Origin: an uncultured Alphaproteobacteria bacterium
Lineage (GTDB): Bacteria > Pseudomonadota > Alphaproteobacteria > HIMB59 > GCA-002718135
Direction of reading: 5' to 3'
Length of the DNA: 64,000 bases
NCBI GenBank assembly: GCA_902623255.1
Contig: CACNSY010000001.1
Span: forward strand, 17,463 to 81,462
Both the position numbers and the translations under genes were made by a program. The notes below the pieces were generated by a model, which worked only from the letters and a program-made list of their open reading frames with translations, was not told the DNA's origin and did no database searches. Of this stretch, positions 8,730 to 18,476 are shown in pieces; within the stretch, counting starts at the first letter, position 1, and each line of letters begins with the position of its first letter.

Positions 8730-9575
8730 TTATTCTTTTAATCCAAAGTTTGATATACTTTCTATGAATAACTTCTGGGTAAAAAAGTATAAAACTAAAA
8801 TCGGGAAAATTGCAATTAAGCAAGCAGCCATCAATAAATTAAAATTAGGTCCCACTTCTCTCACAAAACTATATATAGAAACTGTTACAGGATACCAATC
8901 ATCTCTAGTTAATATAAGTAAAGGCCAAGCAAAACTATTCCAAGCTATAATAAAAGTAAATAAAGAGACTGTCACAATAATAGGTTTGCTCATTGGGATT
9001 ACTACCTTGAGTAAAAAATTTAAATGAGAAGATCCATCAAGCCTTGCAGCATCCCATAATTCATTTGGTATCTTTTTAAAATATTGTCTTAATAAGAAAA
9101 TTACAAAAATATTACCCATAAATGGAACTGTTAAACCTTGAAGACTATTCATCCAAGAAGGTCCAAATGGCAATGGAATAATTTCCCCTCTAATTATTAA
9201 TAAATGAGGTAATAATGTAATAATTTCTGGAATCATCAATGAAAGTAACAACATGTAGAATATTATATTTTTAAATGGGAATTCTATTTTAGCAAAAGAA
9301 TACGCAGCTGGAATACTAGTTAATAAAACACCAATAACAATTATTGAACTTATTATTAAACTGTTAAATGTATAACGTTGAAATCTATTTGATGTCCAAA
9401 CTTCATAATAATTTTCAAACATCAATTTTTTAGGAAATAAATATTGATTTGATGCTTCTCCAGCTGTCATCAATGATGTTGAGATCATGTAAAAAAATGG
9501 GTAAATTGAAATAATAAAAACTATTAATAAAATTAAATAAGGTATCCTTGTTTCTGCATTAAGAATTTTAGTCAT
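8730..9575 (-). CDS. ABC transporter permease (MalG/UgpE-like)
   Basis: 281 aa, about 6 predicted TM segments, EAA-loop-like motif (WDAARLDGSSHLNFLLKVVIPMSKP). Confidence 0.88.
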   Translation of the reverse strand: MTKILNAETRIPYLILLIVFIISIYPFFYMISTSLMTAGEASNQYLFPKKLMFENYYEVWTSNRFQRYTFNSLIISSIIVIGVLLTSIPAAYSFAKIEFPFKNIIFYMLLLSLMIPEIITLLPHLLIIRGEIIPLPFGPSWMNSLQGLTVPFMGNIFVIFLLRQYFKKIPNELWDAARLDGSSHLNFLLKVVIPMSKPIIVTVSLFTFIIAWNSFAWPLLILTRDDWYPVTVSIYSFVREVGPNFNLLMAACLIAIFPILVLYFFTQKLFIESISNFGLKE

Positions 9576-10692
9576 AACTTAACCTTTTTCTAAAAATTAC
9601 ATATTGCGATATTGCTAAAATATTTAAAAGTATAAATAAAATTACTCCTTCAGCAGCAGCATAACCATATTTAACCCTTCCCCAAAAATGGTCAAAAATT
9701 TCAATTGTAACAACATCCATTGTATCTCCAGCAGATGAAGTTTGCATAACAAAAATACTATTGAAAGCCTGAAAAGTATTTATAAAACCTGTCAACATTA
9801 GAAAAAATATAATAGGCATTAATAGAGGTATAGTTATTTTAATAAATGTTTGCCAGCGACTAGCTCCCTCTGCTTTAGCTGCCTCATACAAGTCAGAAGG
9901 TATAATTGATAAACCCGCAAGTAAAATTATTGCGTAGTACCCAGTATAAGACCATATTCCATATATTATCGATGACATTAGAGCTAAACTTGGTCCAGCT
10001 AGTAGACCTTCTATTTTGATACCAAATAAAACTTCGGTAATTGATCTTTTATCAAATAACCACATTTGAGGCTCAAAACCAAATATTCCTATTAGTTGAT
10101 TTAAAAAAGAATTTTCAGCTTTACCAAATATTAAAAAAAATACTGCAGCACCCATTACTGCTGGAGTAATGTAAGGAAATAGTAAAATCATTTGAAAGAA
10201 TTGTTTACCAGCTAATTTTTGATACAAAGCAAATGCTATTATTAAACCTAATCCAACCTCAAAAATAATAGTAAAAAACGAATAATAAAAAGTATAAATA
10301 AGAGAATAAAGATAGTCTTCATCACCTGTTAAAAGCATTTTTTCCCAGTTGATATTAATTAATATTATTCCAATAATTAATATTACTATAGATAAAAATG
10401 CTAAATAGATTTTATTTTTTACTTTATTTTTAAATTCACTCCACAGTCCATAACTCAATATCAATAATAATAATCCTAAAACAAATAACCAAAAAGCTGG
10501 TATGTCTCCTAGTATTCTTTGGTAATTCTCAAATCCTAAAAATCTCCCTTTAAAAACTTTCCACTTGTGTACACTCATGTACATTCCAAAAAAAACAGGA
10601 AAAATTCCAAATAGACTGATTATTAAAAAAGCAGGAAGAATTAATAGATATCCTGTAAGTTTTTCTGAATGATTTAATAAGAATTTATTCAT
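9568..10692 (-). CDS. ABC transporter permease (MalF/UgpA-like, with extended N-terminus)
   Basis: 374 aa, multiple TM segments, EAA motif (YEAAKAEGASRWQTFIKITIPLLMP). 8-nt overlaps with both neighbours. Confidence 0.88.
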   Translation of the reverse strand: MNKFLLNHSEKLTGYLLILPAFLIISLFGIFPVFFGMYMSVHKWKVFKGRFLGFENYQRILGDIPAFWLFVLGLLLLILSYGLWSEFKNKVKNKIYLAFLSIVILIIGIILININWEKMLLTGDEDYLYSLIYTFYYSFFTIIFEVGLGLIIAFALYQKLAGKQFFQMILLFPYITPAVMGAAVFFLIFGKAENSFLNQLIGIFGFEPQMWLFDKRSITEVLFGIKIEGLLAGPSLALMSSIIYGIWSYTGYYAIILLAGLSIIPSDLYEAAKAEGASRWQTFIKITIPLLMPIIFFLMLTGFINTFQAFNSIFVMQTSSAGDTMDVVTIEIFDHFWGRVKYGYAAAEGVILFILLNILAISQYVIFRKRLSYD

Positions 10693-11443
10693 TAATTTTT
10701 ATAAGATCACCTTTATTTATTTTACCATCATTTAAAGGATCTAAATATATTCCTAAATTTATATGGTTGTATATTTTTTTTAAGTTTAAAGGAATATTAA
10801 GATTTATATCAGAAGTTTTGGGCTTAATATTAGTTGCTGAACATCTGGGAATTTCTTTAATAACTTTAAATTTTATATCACCGATTGATAAAACTTTATC
10901 TACCAGGTTCCTTTCTTCCCATTTATCTAAATCTTCTATATATATATTTCCTCTAAAACGCTCATGTTCAACTTGATGATTAGATAGGTTTTCAAAGTCT
11001 TTAATACTGTTTAAATTTATTAATGATATTGATTTATTTGGCATTGTATCAAAAAAAGGATTCACTCTATCTTTTAATAAATTAATTTTATTTATATTTG
11101 GTAAAATATCCTCAAGTTTACTACATAAGATTTTTACTTCATGTTGATTATCAATATCTGTTTTTAAAATTATTTTATTTTCAAATTCTAGTATTAAAAA
11201 ATTATCTTCTAATAAAAAATTATATTGATTTAATTCAGGATATTTTTTTAATGATAAAAATTTGTATATTTCTCGTTTTAAAGGATTATTTTTTATTATT
11301 TCTATATCTTTAAGATTAAGATTATTAGTGAAAGCAAATATTCGATCATTTTTTATACCAATATTTTTAATTATCTCTAAGTTATCTACATTATTAAAAG
11401 AAAGAGATTTTACAGGTGAAAAATATAGGTTTTTAATTTTCAC
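10685..11443 (-). CDS. MOSC domain-containing protein (MOSC_N + MOSC)
   Basis: 252 aa. N-terminal MKIKNLYFSPVKS... beta-barrel region, RFRGNIYIED, and the conserved MOSC cysteine in IPRCSATN. Confidence 0.75.
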   Translation of the reverse strand: MKIKNLYFSPVKSLSFNNVDNLEIIKNIGIKNDRIFAFTNNLNLKDIEIIKNNPLKREIYKFLSLKKYPELNQYNFLLEDNFLILEFENKIILKTDIDNQHEVKILCSKLEDILPNINKINLLKDRVNPFFDTMPNKSISLINLNSIKDFENLSNHQVEHERFRGNIYIEDLDKWEERNLVDKVLSIGDIKFKVIKEIPRCSATNIKPKTSDINLNIPLNLKKIYNHINLGIYLDPLNDGKINKGDLIKINE

Positions 11444-11455
11444 TTATATTAGCAT

Positions 11456-12154
11456 TTAAGTTTTTTTTAAAAAATACTGATCTAAAAATGAATCTAACCA
11501 ATTTGATATATTTTTATTATATTTGTAACGATAATAAAGTTGAACAAATATATTTTGAGCACCTTTAACAAATAATTTTTTAGGATTCTTTAATAATACT
11601 AAATATAACCATCTTATATGAAGTTTAAAATTTACTTCAGGATGAAATTGGAGCGCATAACAATTTTGATATTTAAATGCTTGATTATTAAAAATATCAC
11701 CCCTTGCCAATAACTCACAGCCTGTAGGAAGAGAAAATCCTTCAGAATGGAATTGAAAAAAAATCTTTTGAGAATTAAAAAGATTTTTTGCATTTTCAGT
11801 TGGTTCAATTTTATAAAAACCAATTTCTGAAAGCCCGTCTTTATTAGTTGTTATTTCTGAACCTAAACATTTAGCTAATAATTGTGCGCCAAAACAAATT
11901 CCAAGATAAGGAATGTCAGTTTTTATAACTTTGTTTATCCATTCTAATTCTTTATTTATATATTCATCTTCATCGTTTATGCTTCCAGGGGCACCAAATA
12001 CAACTATAGCTGAGTATTGGTTAATATTTAAAGGAAGTTCTTCACCTAAAGGTGGTCTACATATTTCAGCAACATATCCCCTATCTCTAAATTTATTTCC
12101 TACATCTCCTGGAACTGAAGTTTTTTGATGTAATATAAACAAAACTTTATTCAT
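11456..12154 (-). CDS. class I glutamine amidotransferase-like protein (GuaA-type GATase1 domain only)
   Basis: 232 aa. Nucleophile elbow LGICFGAQLL and the His/Glu pair in LQFHPE. Confidence 0.8.
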   Translation of the reverse strand: MNKVLFILHQKTSVPGDVGNKFRDRGYVAEICRPPLGEELPLNINQYSAIVVFGAPGSINDEDEYINKELEWINKVIKTDIPYLGICFGAQLLAKCLGSEITTNKDGLSEIGFYKIEPTENAKNLFNSQKIFFQFHSEGFSLPTGCELLARGDIFNNQAFKYQNCYALQFHPEVNFKLHIRWLYLVLLKNPKKLFVKGAQNIFVQLYYRYKYNKNISNWLDSFLDQYFLKKT

Positions 12155-12244
12155 ACTAAATTATTAATAATAAATATTTTATTAATATGAAAATATTATT
12201 TCATAAAAATTGTAAGTATTTTGTATATTAATTTACAATGATAT

Positions 12245-12655
12245 TTATGTGACAAAATAATCAATATCTAAAATCTTTATATAAAACATAAGAGTAAAAT
12301 AACCAAAATTCATCATTACAACAAAACTAATAAGCATATTGATTGATTTAGGGAGTGAATTTCCTAAAAAATCATCCCAAAAAACCTTTTCTAAATATAG
12401 AGCTAATTCAAAGTATATAAGTGTAATAATTGCGGCATTAAAAATTATTAAAGAAGTCAATCCATTAAGACTCAATAAATAATTAATAAAAATTAATATC
12501 AAAAAAGAAAAAGAATAAATAAATAAATTTAATAAGATTTTTTTATTTTTTGAAAATTTTTTGAAAAAAATAATGTATCTTGTGTTTAAAAATAACGAAA
12601 TCAATATCGAGCTAAAAAAAGAAATAATTAATATTTTTGTTATTTGATATTCCAT
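12245..12655 (-). CDS. hypothetical membrane protein
   Basis: 136 aa, four hydrophobic segments, no recognisable family. The long open frame in AT-rich DNA supports it being coding. Confidence 0.5.
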   Translation of the reverse strand: MEYQITKILIISFFSSILISLFLNTRYIIFFKKFSKNKKILLNLFIYSFSFLILIFINYLLSLNGLTSLIIFNAAIITLIYFELALYLEKVFWDDFLGNSLPKSINMLISFVVMMNFGYFTLMFYIKILDIDYFVT

Positions 12656-12704
12656 TTATATGTATTTTTTATATAACTAAAAAATATATAAGAAAAATAA
12701 GAAA

Positions 12705-13475
12705 ATGAAATTTGATAATGAAACTAGTATTATTCAACAAAAAATAGCGAATGGTTATGCTGGAGTTTCACGAAGATTAGCTATTGTAAATGCCTTAAAT
12801 TTAGAGACTAATGAAACTGTTATTGATATTGGATGTGGTGGTGGTCATTTAGTCGAAGAAATTTCATTATCTATTGGAGAACAAGGCAAAGTAATAGGAA
12901 TTGATCCCAGTCAAGATCAGTTAGATGTTGCAAGCGATAAATGTAAAGATCAAAGTAATGTGGAACTTATTTGTACTACAGCCGATGAAATCAATATAGA
13001 AGATGCTTCATGTGATAAAATTACAGCTACTCAAACATTAGAATATATCGAAGATATAGATACGTCCTTAAAAGAAATAAAAAGAATTTCTAAAACTAAT
13101 TCTAAATTTGTTAACGTCTCAATTCTCTGGGACTATTTTAGATTTTATGGACCAGAAAAAGAAATTAATGATCTTATTCATGAGGCATTTAGAGCCCATT
13201 GTTTTCACCAAATGCTTCCACTTGATTTAAATGGTAAATTAAAAAAACTTGGGTATAAAAATATAAGTTCTCAAAATTTATCGTATTTAATTACAAATAG
13301 AGATAATAATTCACCAGCAATTTTTTATGAAACTATGTTAAGTAAGTTTGCTTTAAGCCAAGGTGTTTCAGAAGACAAAGTAGATGATTGGAAAAAACAA
13401 TTAAATAAATCTGAAAAAGTAGGTAATTTCGGATTTACAAGTTTTCCAGTATTAACTGCAGCATATTTAGGTTAA
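12705..13475 (+). CDS. class I SAM-dependent methyltransferase
   Basis: 256 aa. Motif I VIDIGCGGGH and an acidic post-I residue (VIGIDPS). Confidence 0.85.
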   Translation: MKFDNETSIIQQKIANGYAGVSRRLAIVNALNLETNETVIDIGCGGGHLVEEISLSIGEQGKVIGIDPSQDQLDVASDKCKDQSNVELICTTADEINIEDASCDKITATQTLEYIEDIDTSLKEIKRISKTNSKFVNVSILWDYFRFYGPEKEINDLIHEAFRAHCFHQMLPLDLNGKLKKLGYKNISSQNLSYLITNRDNNSPAIFYETMLSKFALSQGVSEDKVDDWKKQLNKSEKVGNFGFTSFPVLTAAYLG

Positions 13476-13483
13476 TTTAAAAA

Positions 13484-13933
13484 ATGAAATTAAAAGTTTA
13501 CTTATCAGGTGAAATTCATTCTAATTGGCGAGATGAGATTATAGATAAATGTAAATCTAAGAATTTAGAAATAGAATTTTCAAGCCCGACTACCAATCAT
13601 GAATTATCAGATGATGTTGGTGTAAAAATACTTGGTGATGAAGAAAAAAAATTTTGGCACGATAACAAAGGAGCCAAAATAAATGCTATACGAACTAGAA
13701 ATTCAATTGAAAAAGCAGATATAGTTGTAGTACGTTTTGGTGAGAAATATAAACAATGGAATGCTGCTTTTGATGCAGGGTATGCATCAGCCTTGAATAA
13801 ATCTCTCATAATAATGCATAGTGATGAACATCAACATGCTTTAAAAGAAGTTGATGCAGCAGCTCATGCTATAACAAAAAATACTGATGAAGTTGTAAAA
13901 ATTTTACAATATAGTTTACAAGGTAAAATATAA
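13484..13933 (+). CDS. YtoQ family protein (nucleoside 2-deoxyribosyltransferase-like fold)
   Basis: 149 aa. The YLSGEIHSNWR and FGEKYKQWNAAFDAGYA blocks match my recollection of B. subtilis YtoQ. Confidence 0.8.
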   Translation: MKLKVYLSGEIHSNWRDEIIDKCKSKNLEIEFSSPTTNHELSDDVGVKILGDEEKKFWHDNKGAKINAIRTRNSIEKADIVVVRFGEKYKQWNAAFDAGYASALNKSLIIMHSDEHQHALKEVDAAAHAITKNTDEVVKILQYSLQGKI

Positions 13934-13934
13934 A

Positions 13935-14390
13935 TTAATTATTTTCTTTTTCTGACAGTCTTCTTAAGCTCTCTTTTGGCCAAGTTGTTTCTCGATCATA
14001 CATGGCTTCATGGCAAATATCTTTGTTAATAATTTCAATCCAAGGATCTTTATCTTTCACAAAAATATGTGCTTGCGGTGTTATTGGTTGGTCGAGTGTA
14101 GCTGTTCTGATTGCAATTCGAGATTTTGCAACATTGTATTTACAATATAAATAAACACCGCAATTATTACAAAAATATGCTCGATAACCTTTTCCACTAC
14201 CTGTAGGGAGCAGTGTAGATTCAACATTACCATTTAATTCAAAATCATCTTCAAAAATCATTGTATGTATAACAAAAGAAGAGCCTGTAGAAATTTTACA
14301 GTTATTACAATGACAAGCTTGAGTGAACAAAGGTTTATCTTTTATTTTATAATTTACTGAACCGCACGCGCATTTACCGATAAGAGTCAT
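13935..14390 (-). CDS. GFA / CENP-V family zinc protein (second paralogue)
   Basis: 151 aa with the cysteine pattern CACGSV..., CHCNNCK, FCNNCG. Confidence 0.8.
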   Translation of the reverse strand: MTLIGKCACGSVNYKIKDKPLFTQACHCNNCKISTGSSFVIHTMIFEDDFELNGNVESTLLPTGSGKGYRAYFCNNCGVYLYCKYNVAKSRIAIRTATLDQPITPQAHIFVKDKDPWIEIINKDICHEAMYDRETTWPKESLRRLSEKENN

Positions 14391-14434
14391 TTCAACTAAA
14401 CGTTATATTTTGGAATTTAAAAAGCAAGAATTAA

Positions 14435-16045
14435 TTATTTACCAAATATGCCAAGCTTAACACTATAATCTACAGCTATACCGTAATCAGGATCATCATC
14501 ACTATCAACTATTAATTGACCTGTTTTTCTTAAAAGGCTGTGGCAGTCCTTCGTAAGACGTCTTAACTTTACTTGTTTGCCTAATTTGGAATATCTTTCT
14601 GCAATATCCTCAATTGCTTTTAAAGCAGATTGATCAATTACTTTTGAATTTGCAAAATCTATTATTACTAAATTAGGATCTTCGGCGGGCTTAAAAATAT
14701 CTAAAAAACTATTAGTGGAACTAAAAAAAAGTGGTCCTTCAATTTCATATACCTTGGCGCCCTTTTCTGTTCTTGATTGTCTCTCAATTGCTCTAATTCT
14801 TGAAGCAGATTTCCACGCAAATACTAGTGCATTAATAATAACACCAGCAACTACAGCAACTGCTAAATCTTCTAATACAGTTATTAAAGTAACTAAAACA
14901 ATTACCAATGCATCCGAACGAGGAACAACAAATAATAATTTTAGTGAATTCCAAGCAAATGTTCCAATTACGACCATAAACATAACCCCTACTAATGATG
15001 CTATAGGAATAAGTTCAATTAAATTTGATGTATAAAGAATAAAAATTAGTAAAAAAATTGCTGCTGATATGCCTGCAATTCTTGTTCTGCCTCCTGATTT
15101 TACATTTATCATTGATTGTCCAATCATTGCGCAACCACCCATACCGCCAAAAAATCCTGTGATACCATTAGCGACACCTTGCGCTAAACACTCTTGTCTT
15201 GTCCCACCCTTTTTGTTCGTTATTTCTCCTACAAGATTAAGAGTTAGAAGACTTTCAATTAATCCAATAGCTGCCAAAATAATTGCATAAGGAAAAATAA
15301 TGAAAAAAGTATCTAAATTAAGTGGAACTGTTGGAATAGAAAAATTGGGAAGCCCTCCTGCTACACTTGCTAAATCCCCTACTCTTGGAACAGGTAAATC
15401 TAAAAGTAAAACTAATAAAGTCACAAGAAGAATTGCAGCTAATGTAGATGGTATAAATTTAGTAACCCTTGGTAAGTACCATATGATTAACATGGTTAAG
15501 AAAACTAATACTAAAGAATATGTAAGCACCTCCCCAGACATCCATGTAAATGTTCCATCAAAATTATATATTTGAAATTGATGTAATTGAGATAAACCAA
15601 TTACAATAGCTAAACCATTTACAAAACCTAGCATTACAGGTTGAGGAACCATTCGCATAAATTTTCCTAATTTAAAAATTCCTGCAAGAAATTGTAAAAT
15701 TCCCATAAGTATTACTGTGGCAAATAAATATTGAACTCCATGTTCCGATACTAATGAAACCATAACAACAGCCAATGCTCCTGTTGCCCCCGAAATCATT
15801 CCAGGTCTCCCACCAAAAATTGCAGTTACTAATCCTACTATGAAAGCTGCGTACAAACCTGAAAGAGGTGCTACACCTGCTACAAAAGCGAATGCAATTG
15901 CTTCTGGAACAAGAGCGATTGCAACAGTTAATCCTGATAGAATTTCAATTTTAAACAGTGAAAAGGAAGCTCTGCCCTCTGGAATATATTCATCTTTGTT
16001 TAACCCAAGAGAATTTGCAAATTGATTAACTGTTGATTTTATCAT
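14435..16045 (-). CDS. SulP family inorganic anion transporter with C-terminal STAS domain
   Basis: 536 aa. N-terminal SulP motif (LSGLTVAIALVPEAIAFAFVAGV), more than 10 TM segments, STAS-like C-terminus (YEIEGPLFFSS...). Confidence 0.9.
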   Translation of the reverse strand: MIKSTVNQFANSLGLNKDEYIPEGRASFSLFKIEILSGLTVAIALVPEAIAFAFVAGVAPLSGLYAAFIVGLVTAIFGGRPGMISGATGALAVVMVSLVSEHGVQYLFATVILMGILQFLAGIFKLGKFMRMVPQPVMLGFVNGLAIVIGLSQLHQFQIYNFDGTFTWMSGEVLTYSLVLVFLTMLIIWYLPRVTKFIPSTLAAILLVTLLVLLLDLPVPRVGDLASVAGGLPNFSIPTVPLNLDTFFIIFPYAIILAAIGLIESLLTLNLVGEITNKKGGTRQECLAQGVANGITGFFGGMGGCAMIGQSMINVKSGGRTRIAGISAAIFLLIFILYTSNLIELIPIASLVGVMFMVVIGTFAWNSLKLLFVVPRSDALVIVLVTLITVLEDLAVAVVAGVIINALVFAWKSASRIRAIERQSRTEKGAKVYEIEGPLFFSSTNSFLDIFKPAEDPNLVIIDFANSKVIDQSALKAIEDIAERYSKLGKQVKLRRLTKDCHSLLRKTGQLIVDSDDDPDYGIAVDYSVKLGIFGK

Positions 16046-16095
16046 TAAGGTCTATTTTATTTAAATAGGTAAATTAAGTTATAAGTAAACAAAAT

Positions 16096-17253
16096 CTACC
16101 AAACAGATTTGTATATATTAAAGGCGTCAGATTCTTCAATTTTACGCGGATTATTAACTAATAATCTAGTTTGTTTCATTGCTTCACTAGCCATCAATTG
16201 GCAAGCTTCCTTAGGAATTTCTAAATCTCTTAGCCTATAAGGTAATTTAAGTTCCTTAGACAAACTTTCTAAACTGTCTATAAAATTGTTACACACAATC
16301 TCATCACTTTTGCTATTATCTAAATCTTTAAATACAAATGGTGCAAGATTAGCGTAATTTTTTTTTGTTTCTTTATTTATGGAATTGAATTTCATAACAC
16401 TTGAAAGAACTAACGAGTTTGAAAGTCCATGAGATATATTAAAGAGACCTCCTATAGGATATGCCAAGGCATGTACTGCTGCTACTGGAGAATTTGCAAA
16501 AGCTTTACCTGCTAACATTGATCCATATAGCATATTTGATCTGGCATTTATATTATGCCCCTCAAATACAGCAGTTTTAATTGATGATCCGAGAAACTTG
16601 AGTGCTTCTATAGATAACATTTTTGAAATAGGATTGTTGTTAGGATTTATAGAAGTGTAAGCTTCGATTGCATGAACCATAGCATCTATTCCAGTTGATG
16701 CAGTTATATTTGGAGGTAGATTAATAGTTAATAATGGATCTAAAATAGCAAGATCAGGTAAAATAAGTTTTGAAGAAACACCTTTTTTTTCTTTGTCATC
16801 CATCGTTATTATTGAAATTGGTGTAACTTCTGAACCAGTTCCTGCTGTTGTAGGAATTAGTACAAGTGGTATCCTTGGACCTTTTGCATTGTTAACCCCC
16901 CATATCGTATCGATATTCTGATTAGACCCAAGAAGTAAAGATATAAGTTTTGCAACATCCATAGATGAACCGCCTCCAAAACCTAAAACTCCAGTTGATT
17001 TGAAATCTGCTGCTTCATCAAATGCTTTTAATAAAGTAGATTTTGAAGGATCAGACTCAACTTTATTAAATATTTTTATATTTGAGTATGATTGAAGTTT
17101 TTTAATTGTTTTATCGTACAATCCTAATTCTGTTAATCTTTCATCACTTATTAAAAAAATATTTTTTCCTAACAAATTTACAATTTGATCAGTTGAATTA
17201 ACTGCTGTTTCATTACCAAAAATCAAGCTAGCTGTTGAATGAAAGTTAAACAT
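16096..17253 (-). CDS. iron-containing (group III) alcohol dehydrogenase family oxidoreductase
   Basis: The track ORF 16096..17304 reads through tRNA-Pro, so the start is trimmed to ATG 17253 ([15 protein letters not shown]...). That start matches the usual Fe-ADH N-terminus. Motifs [12 protein letters not shown] and metal-binding His residues ([14 protein letters not shown]) are present. Confidence 0.88.
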   Translation of the reverse strand: MFNFHSTASLIFGNETAVNSTDQIVNLLGKNIFLISDERLTELGLYDKTIKKLQSYSNIKIFNKVESDPSKSTLLKAFDEAADFKSTGVLGFGGGSSMDVAKLISLLLGSNQNIDTIWGVNNAKGPRIPLVLIPTTAGTGSEVTPISIITMDDKEKKGVSSKLILPDLAILDPLLTINLPPNITASTGIDAMVHAIEAYTSINPNNNPISKMLSIEALKFLGSSIKTAVFEGHNINARSNMLYGSMLAGKAFANSPVAAVHALAYPIGGLFNISHGLSNSLVLSSVMKFNSINKETKKNYANLAPFVFKDLDNSKSDEIVCNNFIDSLESLSKELKLPYRLRDLEIPKEACQLMASEAMKQTRLLVNNPRKIEESDAFNIYKSVW

Positions 17254-17260
17254 TTTTCTA

Positions 17261-17337
17261 TGGTCGGGGAGAAAGGATTCGAACCTTCGACCCCCTGGTC
17301 CCAAACCAGGTGCGCTACCAGGCTGCGCTACTCCCCG
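17261..17337 (-). tRNA. tRNA-Pro (anticodon UGG)
   Basis: The reverse complement CGGGGAGTAGCGCAGCCTGGTAGCGCACCTGGTTTGGGACCAGGGGGTCGAAGGTTCGAATCCTTTCTCCCCGACCA folds as a 77-nt cloverleaf with anticodon loop TTTGGGA and an encoded CCA. Confidence 0.93.
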
Positions 17338-17415
17338 AAAAAAATTTGTTATATTGATAAATAAGCTAAAAACAATTCTTTTATGTTTGTTTTCTAAAAT
17401 AATATTTATTATAAT

Positions 17416-17487
17416 AATTTTAGGGGTGCTTAAATGCTGAGATTTATACCCTTTTAACCTGATCTGGATAATGCCAGCGGAGGAAAA
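17416..17487 (+). promoter_or_regulatory. TPP (THI-box) riboswitch, compact form, controlling thiB-thiP
   Basis: Conserved THI-box blocks appear in order: GGGGUGC (17423-29), CUGAGA (17437-42), ACCC (17448-51), AACCUGAUCUGGAUAAUGCCAGCG (17456-79). P3 is reduced to a few nt. The aptamer 3' end overlaps the GGAGGA Shine-Dalgarno (17479-84), just before ATG 17488. Confidence 0.88.
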
Positions 17488-18471
17488 ATGAAAACATTAC
17501 TAATTTTTTTAACTACCTTATTTATCTCTTTCTCAATCTATGCTGAGAAATTAACTATTTATACCTACGACTCTTTTGTTTCAGAGTGGGGTCCTGGGCC
17601 CATAATTGAAAAAATATTTGAAGAAAAACATAATGCAGATGTAGAATTTGTTGCTGTAGACAGTGCCGCAACATTATTGAATAAAGTTATTTTAGAAGGT
17701 GATACTTCTAAGGCAGATATAGTTTTAGGTCTTGATATGAATTTATTTGATTTAGCTGAACAATCTGGGCTTTTTACAACTCATAATATCAAAGACATAA
17801 ACAACTTAATTAATTTACCATTAAATTGGGAAAGTAATAAATTTGTTCCATATAATTATGGATACTTTTCTTTTGTGTATAATGAAGCAAATTTAGAAAC
17901 ACCTCCTAAATCAATGGACGAGTTGATTAATTCTACTAATGCCAGAATTGTAATTCAAGACCCGAGAACTTCTACCCCTGGATTAGGATTATTAACTTGG
18001 ATGAAAGCATTATATGGAGAAAAAGCTGGAGATGAATGGAAAAAATTAAATAAGAAAATTATTTCTGTTACCAAAGGATGGACAGATGCATATTATAATT
18101 TTTTTATGGCAGGAGAAGCTGACATGGTTTTAAGTTATACTACATCTCCAGCTGCACATATTATGTTTGAAGAAAGGTATGATATTCTTGCTACAACTTT
18201 TGAAGAAGGAAATTATATAACAATTGAATTTGCAGGTATTTTGAATAATTCACAAAATAAAGATTTAGCAAATAAATTTCTTAACTTTATGTTGTCAGAA
18301 GAATTTCAATCAGTAATACCATCAACAAATATTATGTATCCAATTACAAATATAAAAGATTTACCTGAGGCATTTGATAAACTAGATGTTCCTAACTTTA
18401 TTCAAATGGATCCAAAAGAAATTAATAAGAATAAAGAAAAATGGATTGATGAGTGGCTTAATGCCTCGTAA
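17488..18471 (+). CDS. thiB: thiamine/thiamine-pyrophosphate ABC transporter substrate-binding protein
   Basis: 327 aa with a signal peptide, ThiB/TbpA-like (family 1 SBP). Located directly downstream of the TPP riboswitch and upstream of a ThiP-type double permease. Confidence 0.85.
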   Translation: MKTLLIFLTTLFISFSIYAEKLTIYTYDSFVSEWGPGPIIEKIFEEKHNADVEFVAVDSAATLLNKVILEGDTSKADIVLGLDMNLFDLAEQSGLFTTHNIKDINNLINLPLNWESNKFVPYNYGYFSFVYNEANLETPPKSMDELINSTNARIVIQDPRTSTPGLGLLTWMKALYGEKAGDEWKKLNKKIISVTKGWTDAYYNFFMAGEADMVLSYTTSPAAHIMFEERYDILATTFEEGNYITIEFAGILNNSQNKDLANKFLNFMLSEEFQSVIPSTNIMYPITNIKDLPEAFDKLDVPNFIQMDPKEINKNKEKWIDEWLNAS

Positions 18472-18476
18472 ATAAA

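Noticed and set aside
12209-12239. Inverted repeat ATTGTAA-N17-TTACAAT upstream of the GATase-MOSC-ABC operon.
   Set aside because: A 7-bp AT-rich inverted repeat is not statistically remarkable here, and there is no regulator nearby to link it to.
14715-16025. Four plus-strand ORFs (14715..15035, 15069..15290, 15300..15575, 15840..16025) tiling the SulP gene.
   Set aside because: They are antisense shadows of a well-supported 536-aa SulP transporter. Their Ala/Pro/Thr-rich products mirror the GC-richer codons of the membrane protein.
17254-17304. N-terminal extension of the Fe-ADH ORF ([17 protein letters not shown]...).
   Set aside because: These codons are the reverse-strand reading of tRNA-Pro itself. 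The family-typical N-terminus starts at ATG 17253.
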